NCBI GenBank assembly: GCA_964016885.1
Contig: OZ024743.1
Location: 88,102,001 to 88,166,000 of the forward strand
DNA: 64,000 bases
Direction: 5' to 3'
Origin: Eledone cirrhosa
Taxonomy: Eukaryota
Every line of letters begins with the position of its first letter. Positions within the stretch are counted from its first letter, which is position 1. Positions 38,783-54,289 of this stretch are shown here, piece by piece. The notes beneath the pieces were generated by a model. That model saw nothing but the letters and a program-made list of their open reading frames with translations, made no database searches and was not told where the DNA came from. The position numbers and the translations under genes are program-made.

Positions 38783-39162
38783 TACTCTCCGGTCACGAAT
38801 AATCGGCCTGCTTATTAATTTTCTAGGCTTTTTCAGCGCCCACCACTCTTATTCCACCCAACCCCACTTATTAAATGTTACTAATGTATCTCCTGCGAAA
38901 TTTTATTTTAAGTAGTAGCATTCCTGCGACAATTAATTTTCTTTATACATTAAAAAACATTATACATGACAAAAAGAGCATTACTCGAAATCCCATACGC
39001 TATAAAATAAATTGGATGGGTTGGGGTCTCAATATGTAAACTAAATGACTAATTCTGTTTTGTTTTTTTAATCTAAGAAGACAGCCTAGAAAAATTATCG
39101 ATTTTTTTACACACACCTCTCCGCTTATTCCACCCCACCCGATTATTTGGAACCCGAGAGTA
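38783..39162. mobile_element. MITE (same family as 5660-5995)
   Basis: TIRs tactctccggtcacgaataatcgg / ccgattatttggaacccgagagta. Confidence 0.72.
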
Positions 39163-39499
39163 CGTGTATAGTAAAATTACGAATATAAAATTAAACAAAA
39201 TTTCATTATATCAACCTGCTACATATCTGGGGGTTTTTTATCCTATTTATCTACCCCAGTATGTCGGGTCTATAATTATATATATATATATTGTCATTTA
39301 CCTATGGTTTAAATTTCATATAAATCGAAGGGAAAACATTTTCAGCGGGGGTTTGAGTCCCCGGGGAACCCTTTGATTAAAATGAAATATACTTCTCCAA
39401 GTACCCTGGGCAATGTAGTTTCAGAATATATATGGTTATGGGGGTCTATCTCCAAAACCATAGGAGGAGTTCGTGAACAAACAAACAGACAGGAATACA

Positions 39500-39535
<36 letters not shown>

Positions 39536-39757
39536 CAGTCGATCGACTTTCGTCAAATCGGACCGAGGAAACAATGTTTCCATTGGTCTTTCCAATTGCT
39601 AGTACTCTCTATCGGTCGCAACTCCAGGTAGAAGGAGCAACGTGAAATAAAGTGTCTTGCTCAAGGACATAACGCATCGCCCGGTCCGGGAATCGAACTC
39701 ACAACCTCACGATTAGGAATTCAATTCTCTAACCACTCGGCCACACGCCTTCACTAA

Positions 39758-39789
<32 letters not shown>

Positions 39790-40598
39790 ATGTGTGTGTG
39801 TATGTATATGTATGTTTACACACACAGTAAACAACGAAGGTCACGTGCTGTCCTTCTCCGACATAACTCTTTCCCCTCGGAAAACCCCCTTGTTGATGGA
39901 TGTGAAATCCGAAATATAGGGACTATTAAATCGCTTCGAAGGTAACTCTATCTCGTGTTATTATTTTTTACACTTTTCTTGCGTTCTATTACGCTCTCTA
40001 CATCTCTTTCTGCGCTTCCTCTTACATCTCCCTTTCTCAATACTACCTGATTTTGTTACTCAAAGATTTATCCATCTGTATTGTTGAGGCTTCCAAAACG
40101 ACTATTTTTCATATATATATACAAATATATATATACAAATATATATATACAAATATATATATATAAATATAAATTTAGCGAGAATAGCATTTCGGCGGGC
40201 AGAAATTAGCGAAACGCAACTTCCATATTATGCAGACAAGCGCTCCATGGATATGAAGAAGATACCAGAGCTATAAACATAAGTTAAAATGGTCATACAC
40301 GCTGAGTCATTAATTGAGTCACTGTTGGTTCACCAGATTGACCACTGGATGTGTAGGTGGATCTGTTTAAGTATAGTATGCAGTGTTGTACATTTGGTGT
40401 TAGACAGTGGTTGATTTCCTTCATAAGCATAATATATTTAATAAGTAGGAACGAGGTGTCAAAGTATCAACATTAAGTTTATTTCGCGATTGATCAGCTC
40501 AAGGTTTGATCTGTATCGATCGGGCCCAACACTGGAATCAATAACTCATCAGACTCTTGCATTCATTAACGAATCCAAAAGAGTCACTACTTATTATT

Positions 40599-40632
<34 letters not shown>

Positions 40633-40827
40633 TGTGTCTGTGTGTGTGTCTGTGTGTTATCTTATCCACATGAAGCAGTTTCCCTCGCTATTTAACGAAA
40701 ATGTCCACTCTGTCCAGCTGGGTTCGTATTTTAATAATATGAACTTAGTTTCCATAGAGTGAATGAGGAAACGGCCGAAGCTATATCCACTCTATTTGAC
40801 TAGCTTCGTCTCCTAATGATATATATA

Positions 40828-40868
<41 letters not shown>

Positions 40869-40946
40869 AAAAGCAGCAACACAGCGGAAGTATATAGTTC
40901 AATGATGATGTGTATTACTTTAACGCCTGATATAGTAGGAAAAGAG

Positions 40947-40982
40947 TCGTAACGTTTCGGATATTAGTCCTTCATCAGAAGA
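40947..40982 (-). ncRNA. Minimal hammerhead motif (class CUGAUGA-A-GG..CC-GAAACGUU)
   Basis: tcttCTGATGAaggactaatatccGAAAcgTTacga; sisters at 57722-57757(-), 36616-36651(+), 25675-25712(-). Confidence 0.6.
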
Positions 40983-41178
40983 TAGAATGAGAGAGAGAGA
41001 GAAGAAGAAGAAGAAGAAGAAGAAGAAGAAGAAGAAGAAGAAGAAGAAGAAGAAGAAGAAGAAACAGAAAGATAGACGAGAGTGAAAAAAGGAAGAAACG
41101 GAAAAAGAAGAAGAAACGATTTATCGAAGGAAAACACGTGTATGTTTAGTTATCCATTAGAGAGAAAGGGGATGGAGG

Positions 41179-41235
<57 letters not shown>

Positions 41236-41379
41236 GGGTGAATGGTGCGATAATGAAGTAAAAAATGAATTTGAAAACATTAAGTTTATTTACATTTTCC
41301 CCTCTTGAAAATGGATAATGTAAATATCGGATTTCCAGTACATTTTCGACTTAATATTTTTTTAGAATTGTTTAGAAGA

Positions 41380-41410
<31 letters not shown>

Positions 41411-41587
41411 CGCTCTCTCTCTCTGTCTCTCTCTCTCTCTCCCACTCTCTCCATCTCCCACTCTCTCTCTCTCTATCTATCTCACTCTCTCCCTCTGTCT
41501 CTCTCTCTATATACCACTCTCTCCCTCTGTCTCTCTCTCTCTACCACTCTCTCTATATATCTCACTCTCTCACTCTGTCTTTCTCTC

Positions 41588-41620
<33 letters not shown>

Positions 41621-41917
41621 ACCACTCTCTCTCTCTCTCTCATTCACTCCCTCTGTCTCTCTCTCTCTCTACCACTCTCTCTCTCACTCTCCCTCTCTAT
41701 CTCACTCTCTCCTTCTCTCTCTCTCTCTCCATACAAGCACATAGGTTCACACACACACATATAAGCGTTGTGTTAAAGTGTATCCCTTTAGTTCCCTTCT
41801 ACACTTACACATACACATATACATGCATGCATGCATACATACATACATATGCATACACACGCATACATACATACACATGCATACACACGCATACATACAT
41901 ACACACGCATACATACA

Positions 41918-41948
<31 letters not shown>

Positions 41949-42609
41949 GCATACACAACATCCATACATATGCATACACACACATCCATAAAGTCCAGTA
42001 CCGTCATCCGGGTCCCTACGTCGTTATTTTCCAGTGACGTCATAAGTAGAATTTACATTGAATAATTGTTTCTACTTTTGGCACAAGGCCAGCAATTACC
42101 CATTGCATTACTGGTACTTTATTTTATCGACCCCGTAAGGATGAAAGGTAAAGTTAACCTCGACGGGATTTGAACTCAGACCGTAAAGGAACGTAACTCT
42201 ATGCTGGAAAGCATGGCGTCTGACCCTCTACCGATACTGCCAATTCACCTACGCCATTTACATTGAATAATGACACAAATTAAAGCATCCTACCACCGTC
42301 ACCACCACCACCATCTGCTACTATTAACACCACTACTACCACCACTACAACTACTACCACCACCACCACCACCACCTGTTACTTCTACATACCATACTCA
42401 TCCAAACCTATCATGTCAAATCCCTATTATTCAACTACTACTGGTGACAGTGGGGTGTGTGGTACGGGTATTAACATCTCTTGTTAACCTTTACAATTCT
42501 AAAGGTCACGTGTTGAATCAGCCTTAACCCTTTCTTTATATTTCTAATGAAATATGTTATCTTTAAACTATGTAATGAAAAATTAGCGAAGGATTTACTA
42601 AAATAATTC

Positions 42610-43151
42610 CCCTATTTGGCGGCTTATAAGACGCAGTTTTCCCCCAAAAAAATGTCCCAGAAAATCACCCTACGTCCTATAAGGTCAAGGACCAGTTTGG
42701 GTTACTGGCTAGGGGAGTTCTGGTGCGGCAATCGCCCTTAAATTTAATTTTCCCACTTCCTTATATTTTAGAAATATACTAAAATATTATAAATAGAATT
42801 GCGATGTAGAAGGATAAAAATGGTTTCTGAGGCACAATGCCAACACTTTTCAGGGTACAACACTGGTACTTTATTTTATCGACTCCGTAAGGATGAATGT
42901 AGAATGATAATAATTGTTTCTACTTTTGGCACAAGGCCAGCGTTTACCCAGTGCATTACTGGTACTTCATTTTATCGACTCCGTAAGGATGAAAGGCAAA
43001 GTTAACCTTGGCGGGATTTGATAATAATAAAAATACGATGTACAAACATTATACCCTTCACCTGACATTCGTTGTTTGAACCCATTTATCTATTATTTTA
43101 TTAAATGCCTGTCCAAATTGAGGTGCGTCTTATAAGCCGACAAATACGGTA
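42610..43151. mobile_element. pogo-like MITE with nested SINE fragments
   Basis: TIRs tatttggcggcttataagacgca / tgcgtcttataagccgacaaatacggta. Confidence 0.72.
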
Positions 43152-43574
43152 TTTCATTATTATTGAATTGGCAGTATCGGTAGAGGATCGGACACCATGC
43201 TTTGCAGCATAGAGTTACGTCCCTTTACAGTCTGAGTTCAAATCCCGCCGAGGTTAACTTTACCTGTCATCCTTACGGGGTCGATAAAATAAAGTACCAG
43301 TAATATACTGGGATAATTGCTGGCCTTGTGCCAAAAGTAGAAACAATTATTATCATTTGGCAGAATCGTTAGAGCGTCGCACAGAATGCTTGGCAGCAGC
43401 ATTGAGTTACGTCTCTTTACGTTCTGAGATAAAATCCCGCCGAGGTTAACTTTGCCTTTCATCTTTCCGAGGTCGATAAAATGTAGTACCAGTATTGTAC
43501 TGGAGATCGATATAATTAGCTTTCTCTCCCCACAGATTACTGACATTTAAGTAGGTAGATGTATATGTATGTAA

Positions 43575-43621
<47 letters not shown>

Positions 43622-43640
43622 TAGTACATATATAGGCTAC

Positions 43641-43696
43641 ACCCTTGAAAGGCTTGCTGAACACACAAGCCGAAACCGCTTGGCGCCGCGGTCGTT
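43641..43696 (+). ncRNA. Degenerate hammerhead motif
   Basis: cttgaaa-GGCTTG...CAAGCC-GAAA-CCGC-ttggcgcc-GCGG-TC; 5' core mutated. Confidence 0.55.
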
Positions 43697-43714
43697 ATTT
43701 TACACCTCTCGCTC

Positions 43715-43746
<32 letters not shown>

Positions 43747-43765
43747 CGTGTGTGTGCGTGTGTGT

Positions 43766-43810
<45 letters not shown>

Positions 43811-43812
<2 letters not shown>

Positions 43813-44500
43813 ACCAGAAGTACACGGCATTGTCCGGGTTAAAGAAAATAATTAAATTTTATTCAGAACTTTTTCTATGGTATATTTGAAACTTCTAATA
43901 TCTCTGTTTCTTGTATGTAACATATGTTGTAGCTGTAATATGATTTCATACTTTGTTTGTCTTCATTACTTTCATATCTTGTCTGTGTTTGGGTTTTCAT
44001 ATAACTGATGAAATACAGTTGTAAATATTTTGGTTCTTCTTCTGAAAGTGGCTGTGATGGTCTAATTCTGTGGTACACTTGCCCTTGGATCTTGAAAGTG
44101 GGTATAAAGCCACTTTCATGGGCGACATTTGCACCAAATGATGTCATTTGGAATGTATTATTGTACTTCTGGATATTTTAAAGAAAGTGTCTTGATTCAG
44201 TAATTGTACTAATCAGCAGTCCCCTCAAACGTTCTGATTGTTCGAGTAATAGCTTAAACTTGATCTTTCCATTTAAACAGCACAATCCAGTTGACCCACC
44301 TTTCCATTGTTTAGCACCACAATTAGGACAAATTTTGTTCATTGAGGAAATTCGAATTAAAAGTTCCGAGACATAGTCTTGATGTGGATTGTAACTAAAA
44401 ACAGCAAAGTTCCACGCGGCAACCTTTTTAAATTGTAAATCTTCTGTCCTTGCTCTCTCTTCACACAACCTTTCAGTGGTTTCAGCTTCAGTTTCTTCAT
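43811..44500 (-). pseudogene. Internally deleted Helitron carrying the RepHel N-terminal coding fragment
   Basis: MNKICPNCGAKQWKG...CCLNGKI...HFL*NIQKYNNTFQMTSFG...TFKIQGQVYHRI...PKYLQLYF; 3' end cccggacaatgccgtgtacttctggtag. Confidence 0.88.
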
Positions 44501-44580
44501 GTGTGTGTAAGTGGGTATATATATATGTGTGTGTGTATGTGTGTGCGCATGTGTAAGTGTGTATATATATATATATATAT

Positions 44581-44757
44581 ATAGGAACAAGTAAGACCCC
44601 GACGGCTGAGCTCAAGCCGTTTCGAATTAGCCGTCGAAACGGCTTGAGCTCAGCCGTCGGGGCCTTACTTGTTCCTATTACCCACTCTACTACCCTAAGT
44701 ATTGAGTACTTTGGTGCGGTATGGTCCACCTGGTTCCTTACCACATTTCCTTCGTTA
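44581..44757 (+). mobile_element. Fold-back mini-element (family of 3813/4490)
   Basis: Arms ataggaacaagtaag.ccccgacggctgagctcaagccgtttcga and its reverse complement; same tail; (TA)n-type flanks. Confidence 0.88.
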
Positions 44758-44779
44758 TATGTATATATATATACATATA

Positions 44780-44825
<46 letters not shown>

Positions 44826-44862
44826 TCTGTCTGTGCGTATGTGTAAGTGTATATATGTATAC

Positions 44863-44913
<51 letters not shown>

Positions 44914-44961
44914 TCTGTCTGTGCGTATGTGTAAGTGTATATATGTATACATATATATATA

Positions 44962-45003
<42 letters not shown>

Positions 45004-45139
45004 TGTCTGTGCGTATGTGTAAGTGTATATATGTATATATATATATATATATGTGTGTGTGTATGTGTGTGTGTTTTACCACTTCAACACAACTGCTAAA
45101 AGGATTCCCATATCTGTATGGCTGTCAAAATGAAGATAA

Positions 45140-46175
45140 TCATCATCATCATCAGTAGCATCATCGTCATCACCATTAAGAGCAGCAGCAGCACCATCGT
45201 CAGCCTCTTCATCCCATCATCACCACTGTCATCATCACCACCACCACCATCCCCATCACCACCACCATCATCATCACCACCACCACCACCACCATCATCC
45301 CCACCACCATCATCCCCATCACCACCACCATCATCATCACCACCACCACCACCACCATCATCCCCACCACCATCATCCCCATCACCACCACCACCACCAT
45401 CACCACCACCACCACCACCATCATCCCCACCACCATCATCATCCCCACCACCATCATCACCACCACCGCCACCACCACCACCACCACCATCCCCATCACC
45501 ACCACCATCATCACCACCACCATCCCCACCACCACCGCCACCGCCACCACCACCACCACCATCACCACCACCACCACCACCATCACCACCACCACCACCA
45601 CCACCATCCCCATCACCACCACCATTACCACCACCACCATCCCCACCACCACCACCACCACCATCACCACCACCACCACCACCACCACCATCACCACCAC
45701 CACCACCACCATCCCCATCACCACCACCATCACCACCACCACCACCACCATCACCACCACCACAACCACCATCCCCATCACCACCACCATCACCACCACC
45801 TCCATCATCACCACCACCATCACCACCACCACCACCACCATCATCATCACCACCACCTCCACCATCACTACCACCTCCACCACCACCACCACCATCACCA
45901 CCACCATCATCACCACCACCACCATCACCACCACCATCACCACCACCACCACCACCACCACCATCACCACCACCACCATCACCACCACCACCACCACCAC
46001 CACCATCACTACCACCTCCACCACCACCACCACCATCACCACCACCACCATCACCACCACCATCATCACCACCACCACCATCACCACCACCATCACCACC
46101 ACCACCACCACCACCACCATCACCACCACCACCACCACCACCACCATCACCACCACCACCACCATCATCATCACC
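45140..46175. repeat. (CCA/TCA)n trinucleotide tract
   Basis: Direct inspection. Confidence 0.95.
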
Positions 46176-46271
46176 ATGGTTATAGTGCATGTATGCATTT
46201 CTATACATTCCTGTTTTATATACTTTTATAATTCTAACGATGTATAGTCTTTTATGTACTAACTTTTACAC

Positions 46272-46703
46272 ATGTGTCTGTGTGTGTGTGCCTGTTTATA
46301 TGTATGTGTATGTGTGTGTATATGTGTGTGCCTGTGTATATGTATATGTATGTGTGTATGTCTGTGTGTGTGTGTATGTCTGTGTGTGTGTGCCTGTATA
46401 TATGTATATGTATGTGTGTATGTCTGAGTGTGTGTGTATGTGTGTGTATGTCTATGTGTGTGTGTGCCTGTGTATAAGTATATGTATGTGTGTATGTCTG
46501 AGTGTGTGTGTGTGTGTATGTCTGTGTGTGTGTGTGCCTGTGTATATGTATATGTGTGTATGTCTGAGTGTGTGTGTGTGTATGTCTGTGTGTGTGTGTC
46601 TGTGTATATGTATGTGTGTGTGTGTGTATGTGTGTGCCTGTGTATATGTATGTGTGTATGTCTGTATGTGTATGTGTATGCTTGTGTATATGTGTATGTC
46701 TGA

Positions 46704-46735
<32 letters not shown>

Positions 46736-47390
46736 GTATGCCTGTGTATATGTATATGAATGTGTGTATGTCTGAGTATGTGTGTGTGTATGTCTGTGTG
46801 TGTATATGTGTGTGCCTGTGTATATGTATGTGTGTATGTCTGAGTATGTGTATGTATGTATGTCTGTGTGTGTGTCTGAATATGTGTGTGCCTGTGTATA
46901 TGTATGTGTATGTGTGTATGTCTGAGTGTGTGTGTGTGTGTATGTCTGTGTGTGTGTGTGCCTGTGTATATGTATATGTATGTGTGTATGTCTGAGTATG
47001 TGTGTGTGTGTGTATATGTGTGTGCCTGTATATATGTATATGTATGTGTGTATGTCTGAGTATGTGTGTGTGTGTATGTCTGTGTGTATGTGCCTGTGTA
47101 TATGTATATGTATATGTATATGTATGTGTGTATGTCTGAGTATGTGTGTGTGTATGTCTCTGTGTCTGTGTGTATATGTGTGTGCCTGTGTATATGTATG
47201 TGTGTATGTCTGAGTGTGTGTGTATGTCTGTGTATGTGTGTGCCTGTGTATATGCATATGTATGTGTGTGTGTCTGAGTATGTGTGCGTGTGTGTATGTC
47301 TGTGTGTGTGTGTATATGTGTGTGTATATGTATATGTGTATTTCTGAGTATGTGTGTGTGTGTGTGTGTGTGTGTCTGTGTGTATGTCTG

Positions 47391-47475
<85 letters not shown>

Positions 47476-47684
47476 GTGCGTGTGTGCGTGTGTGTGTGTG
47501 TGTGTCTGTTAGAATGATCTAGATAAATGCTGTTCCAATGATGTGGTCTTATTTGTACAGTGTAGTCAGCCATGTCGTATGGAAGCTGTTGTCGGCAATG
47601 TTGTTCAGTCAGCGGGATTGACTTAACTAATAGTTCTAACATAAGTATGATAACGTAAATTACTACATAGCACAGCCACCACCT

Positions 47685-47721
<37 letters not shown>

Positions 47722-48670
47722 CTCTCTTTCTCTCTCTCTCACACATACACACACATACCTTTACACTCACACATACATACACACACACACACTTACACAT
47801 ACACTAACACATACACACACTTACACCCACACATTCACACACACACACTCATACTTATATACACATACACTCACACACATACACTCACTCATACGTACAC
47901 ACACACTCATACTTATATTCACATACACTCACACACATACATTCACTCACACGTACACACACTTACACTAACACATACACACACTCATACTTATATACAC
48001 ATACACTCACATACACAAACATACTCACAGATACACACACTTACACTCACACATACACACACATTCATACTTACTCACACATACAATGACATACACATAC
48101 ACACACACTCACACACTCATACTCACGTACACACACAGACTCACACACACTCATAGACTCATTCACATACACACACTCACACACAAACATATACACAGTC
48201 ACACATACATACACACAAACATACACACAATCACACATACATATACACAAACATACACCCAGTCACACATACATGCTTGCACACATTAACATACACAAAC
48301 ATATATACACGCACACACATGCACACACACGCTCACACACTCACACACACACACACACGTCGCATAAGTGATGATAACACAAATTAGCACACCCACCACA
48401 TACACACACATATTCACACACACACACACACATACACGTTCGCACATCCACACACACACCACACTCACTCATACACACATTCACACACACACACACACAC
48501 ATACACGTTCGCACACCCACACACACACCACACTCACTCATACACACATTCACACACACACACACAAACATACATACACACTCGTACACTCACACACACA
48601 CACCACACTCACACACACCACACTCACTCATACACACATTCACACACACACCACGTATACACACACATGG
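46272..48670. repeat. Long degenerate (TG)n tract followed by long (CA)n tract
   Basis: Direct inspection; about 180 bp of unique spacer at 47510-47685. Confidence 0.95.
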
Positions 48671-50591
48671 TGGTGGTGGTGGTGGTGGTACTGATGTTGT
48701 TGTTGGTGTTAATGGTGGTAGTAGTGGTAGTGGTGGTACTGATGTTGTTGATGTTGTTGTTGTGAGTGGTGGTGGTGGTGGTGATACTGATGTTGTTGGT
48801 GTTGTCAGTAGTGGTGGTACTGATGTTGTTGGTGTTGTTGGTGTTAATGGTAGTGGTGGTGGTACTGGTATTAGTGGTGGTGGTACTGATGTTGTTGTTG
48901 TTGGTGGCGGTAGTGGTAGTAGTGGTGGTAGTGGTGGTAGTGGTAGTACTGATGTTGTTGCTGTAGATGGTGTTGTTCTTACTGCGGTTTGTGTTACTGA
49001 TATTAGTGTTGTTGTTGTTGTTGTTCTCATCCTATATCGTGTCTTATCTATTTCGGGGGTTAAGTGAGTAACGGAAGTTAATCTATGAGAAAGGTCTTGT
49101 TTTCTTGTTTAGTGCTCTAACTTCTGGGACCGCCCAACTTGGACTGAATAATAATAATATTAATGATGATAATACTGATGAGGATGATGATGATGATGAT
49201 GAATGTGCAACTGATGGTGATGATTATGATGATTATGGTGATGATGAGGATTGTTATGTTTAAACCAGTAACGCACTGAGATCGATTTAATCGACAACTC
49301 CCCCCCCCCCCCCACACACACACACATTATTGTACCTATAATTTAAAGGACCAGCTTTGCTGAATCTCCCTGAGAACTATGATAAAACTACAAGTGTCTG
49401 TGGAATGCTCGGTCACCCCTACGTTAATTTCACGAGCTGATTGCTCCCTTGTTCAATCAACTAGAACACTCGTCGCTTGAAGCGACGACGAACGTCCAAC
49501 AATGCTGTGTCAACCATCTTGGTTGTCCTGTTTTAGTGCAATATTATTATTTTAAACATATTAATTTCCTTAATCCGTTCATTAATAGACCACTTCTGTT
49601 CCACTCGTACTTCTGGCCTGTCTCAACAAATTGTTTCCCCTCCAATTATTTCCCTCTCAAGGCTACAGGTTTATTGTAAATCAGCTCTCCAACTATTTAC
49701 AGTACAGCTAAGATATATATATAGAGAGAATTGAAAATAACATGGCGCTGTCGTCTGCTTCGTGTGTCTCGGTCTGCCTCAACCATTGAAGCTTGCGGTC
49801 ATATTTCCGCTTAAGACTGACTAATCTAATTTAACTCAATTAATCTTCTAACGACAATGAATCATATTCCTTTCAAAATGTAGAAATAATTTTCGTATTA
49901 ATTAATTATATATTTACTTTCTTCTTCTTCTTGTTGGTCCATTAAATACAGTGTGTTCCACTATATGTATACACGCATACACACACATATGTGTACGTGA
50001 ATATATATGTGTGTGTTTTATGCGTCTCTCTCTCTCTTTCCATATATATATATATATACAAACGCGCGCGCGCGCGCAGATATATGTGTGTGTGTGTATA
50101 TATAAAACATTTTTTTTAAATGCACAAACACACTCATTACATTTATAATTGACAAGGGGGGCTTTTTAAGTAGTTATTTGACCTGCTGATGTGGCAATTC
50201 AAATTTCCCATAATAATCCTAGCGCCTTTTATTAAAAAAAAATAAAAATAAAACGAAAGATCAAATCCAGCATCTTAAAGCAATAAAGTACTGACACATG
50301 TCAAATATGAAGGTGGTGTCATCGTGGCTTGAACATCGTCTGAACGATAGATCTGTCCACGTTAATACTGTCCACTGTTGAGTATGGTCCCAGTAAAAAT
50401 ATTGCTATAACATATTCTTGGTACTATATGTGTGGGTGGCATCTAAAACTCCTGATTGCCCTGAGGTGGACTTGGCCATACGAGTTTTGTGAAATGCCTG
50501 GTGAGCCGCTGGTCTGGGTAAAATTAAAATTAAAATAAGACGAAAAATGTCACGAAAAACTCATACTATAGTAGGAAAGGAAAATGGAAAT

Positions 50592-50870
50592 CGCCTTAGC
50601 TAAGTTGTGAAAACACACCTCTGGCCCTCACCTGCCTGTTAGTCAATGTCACCTTAGCTGAGCTCTAAAAACACACCTCTAGCCCTCAGCTGCCTGTTAG
50701 TCAGTGTCACCTTAGCTGAGCTCAAAATACACACTTCTTTTCCTCAGCAGTCTGTTAGTCGGTGTCACCTTAGCTGGGCTCTAAAAACACACTTCTTTCC
50801 CTCAGCAATCTATTAGTCAGTGTCACCTTAGCGGAGGTGTGAAGACACACCTCTGGCCCTCAGCAGTTAG
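50592..50870. repeat. About 58-bp minisatellite, about 5 diverged copies
   Basis: gtcaccttagctgagctctaaaaacacacctct..ccctcagc...ctgttagtcagt. Confidence 0.9.
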
Positions 50871-51539
50871 CTACAATTCTGTATTGGCAAGGCATTATCA
50901 TCTGATCTGACTTGTCTCATAACAGGACAACTCAACTTAAGGCAATTGACAGTCTTGGTTATATATACTCATATACAAACTCCACTCACAAGGCATTGGT
51001 AAACCTAAATGACACCGCACGGTGTCACTGAATACAGAACCTCGTGGTTTCATAGCGAACTCCTTAATCACCCAGCCATGCCTGTGTCTATATGTATATA
51101 GTCAATACATTTTCAAAGATGGAGGATAAATAACCATTATGGATAGAAAAATAAACATCCGTCAGCAATAATTAATTCTTCAGAGGGAAAATTACATTAA
51201 ACTCTGTGGATTTATAATAAATGATTCCACCATTTTCTCAATTATCAAGATTTCGTTAATGACAGGGGTGGAACATTTGAAGTGTAGGGGATTAATTATT
51301 GAATATTAAGTTATCCTGGTATTAAATATATGCCTCTTTAAAAAAAAAAAACCCTTCTGATTAGTAAATGTGAAGTTGAAGGTCACATATCTTTCGGATG
51401 TTTACAGTTCGGTAAAGTACAAAGAACACAAAAAAATATATTTTCTTCTCTTTCCCATGAACGACTCGGTCCGAAATGTATATGAAGATCTGAAGTAGTA
51501 AATCGTTGCTCAGTTCAAAACAATGGCAGTGGTTAATAT

Positions 51540-52030
51540 TTAACTAAATATAAAGCAACAGCTAACTGGAAATGTTTAAGTCAATTATGGTTGGTGTTTA
51601 ACTAAATAGGAAGTTAACTAGAGGTGTTTATGTCAGCTGACGTTGGTGTTTAACTAAATATGAAGTTAACTGAAGGTGTTTAAGTCAGCTGTCGTTAGTG
51701 TTTAACTAAATATAAAATCAACAGATGTTTAAGCCAACTGTCGTTGGTGAAGTTAACTAGAAGTGTTTAAGTGGTTGGTGTTAAGCTAAATATGAAGTTA
51801 ATTGGGAGTGTTTAAGTCAGATGTGGTTGGTGTTTAACTATATGTGAAGTTAACTGGAAGTGTTTAAGCCAGTTGTGTTTGATGTTTAGCTAAATATGAA
51901 GTTAACTGGGGGTGTTTAAGTCAATTGTCGTTAGTGTCTTATTAAAAGTGAAGTTAACTAGAGGTGTTTAAGTCAGTTGTAGTTGGTGTTTAACTAAATA
52001 TAAAGTTAACTAGAGGTGTTTAAGTCAGTT
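51540..52030. repeat. About 52-bp diverged minisatellite, about 9 copies
   Basis: taactaaatatgaagttaactagaggtgtttaagtcagttgt.gttggtgtt. Confidence 0.88.
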
Positions 52031-52581
52031 TTAATCCTCAACGTTCAAAAGCAGAGTTGACGTCTCATCTCATCTCTTCGATGTCGATAAAAGAATACCA
52101 GTAATATAGTACATACTATTTGATCTATTTTATTCCTTCCTACAAAATTCTGTTCGATGACCAATCTATAGAACCTATTATAAAGAATATACAACTATTG
52201 GAACATCTTCAATTGCCAACATTTTACTCTTGACTTATACATATATGTCAACATCAATGATTTTGTTACAGAATCACATATATACACAAATGCACACATT
52301 CACTCACTTACTCATTCATATACACAGACACACATACAACATACATACACACAAACATATGACCACATACCACATACGTATACACAGACACACGTCCATA
52401 TACGTATTCACAGACAAACATACCGTATACATATATACAGACACACAAACCACATATCACATTCACATATACACACGTTCACATACGTATACACAGACAA
52501 ACGGTCACACACACATACACATACACAGAGACCACATACATATACACAGTCACACGTTCACACACACACACGTGCGCGCGC

Positions 52582-52616
<35 letters not shown>

Positions 52617-52747
52617 CGTATGTCTGTATATATATATATATATATATATAAATTGATGAGCAGAACAAACAAACATTAAAGACACCCTATATATCTCTAT
52701 GGGTACTTAGTACTCAGTGAGATATTTACCTCATTTTTATATATATA

Positions 52748-53551
52748 CTAGCATTAAAGCCCGGCGTTGCTCGGGGTCATTAAGTTACCAAAGTTAGGTT
52801 GCACCACCTATTTTATGGCAGCACTTTTTTGTCTGCCAGGCACTGGGTGAATGAATTGCAGACCTGGAAGCATGAGCTGCGCCAGCAGTGACAATTGTAG
52901 TTTCGCCTATGGATATTATCTCTGTGCAAAAAAGTGTTGAAATTTATTGTTTCACAGTACTTGCGCAACACGCGCGTAGACGATGCCAGCCGAACAATAG
53001 AGCTGCGATGGAGTTGTTCTGCATGGTTGTCTGTGTGTTTTCTAAATTTAAGACAGTAGGGAGGGTTGTGATATGAGGGAGAGTTAGCTGTTGTTTCTAG
53101 CAGGTTTAGTGACCTCATAGAGGATATGTGTTTTCTAAATTTAAGACAGTAGGGAGTGGTGTGATATGGGGGAGAGTTAGCTGCTGTTTCTAGCAGGTTT
53201 AGTAACCTCATAGAGGATATGTGTTTTCTAAATTTAAGACAGTAGAGAGTGGTGTGAACGGACAGGATCACCATCAAGCTTGGAAAGAGAAAGTAGCAGA
53301 AAGTATGAAGTTGTATAGATTTTGAATGGTAGTAGAAAGAGTTCAGCAGTTTAAATGAGAGAAAAATCGTAAAATATTGAGTTTTATCTATTTTTTGCGT
53401 AATTGTGGGTGAAATTGAAAAAATTATCTGCGTCAAGACGCAATCGAAACTATTTCGAATACTGAATTGTAAATTTCAATTGAAGAAATTCTATATCGTA
53501 GATTTCTATAACGAAGGAGCATGACCACACACTGAGCTTTATAGATTATGA
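52748..53551 (-). mobile_element. Complete non-autonomous Helitron
   Basis: Minus strand A|TCataatctataaagctcagtgtgtg ... ccccgagcaacgccgggctttaatgCTAG|T; internal duplication of about 90-100 bp. Confidence 0.8.
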
Positions 53552-54100
53552 TATATATGTACAGACATACGTTTACATATATATACAAAAAGCCACACTT
53601 GTTCATACTATCTTTCACCACTATCCAACTGGATCAAGCCCGTGACGCCATTTTAAGACCGAGCTTAACTTTGACACCAAAGATAGTAGTATAGGTCTGT
53701 GTTGTAGAGACTGATCTATTATGATAAGGTATGTTGTGCTGGAGTTGATCCCTGTCGTAAGATTGATCTGTTATGATAAGCTGTGTATGTTGTGTAAGAG
53801 TCGATCTCTGCAGAGCGGCAGATCTTAGTGGTTAAAACTAGATAATTGATTACAGGGTCTTCCAAATAAATACCTCACCAGTTTCAGAGTAAAGTCGTGT
53901 GATGAAGTCATTTATTTCAAGTGTTTCATTAACGATGTAAACCTGGCCTGCATTAACTCCATAGAGACTACAACATTCATACTTCGTACATAACCTATAT
54001 TGTATATAACACTTCGTATTATGCATGTTTTAATACATGTATTTACACATTCTTGAATACACACACATAAATAATGTATGTATGTATGTATGTATGTATG

Positions 54101-54289
<189 letters not shown>

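Noticed and set aside
45096-46208. Extensin-like SPPPP and Gly-rich ORFs
   Set aside because: (CCA)n microsatellite translation, open in several frames
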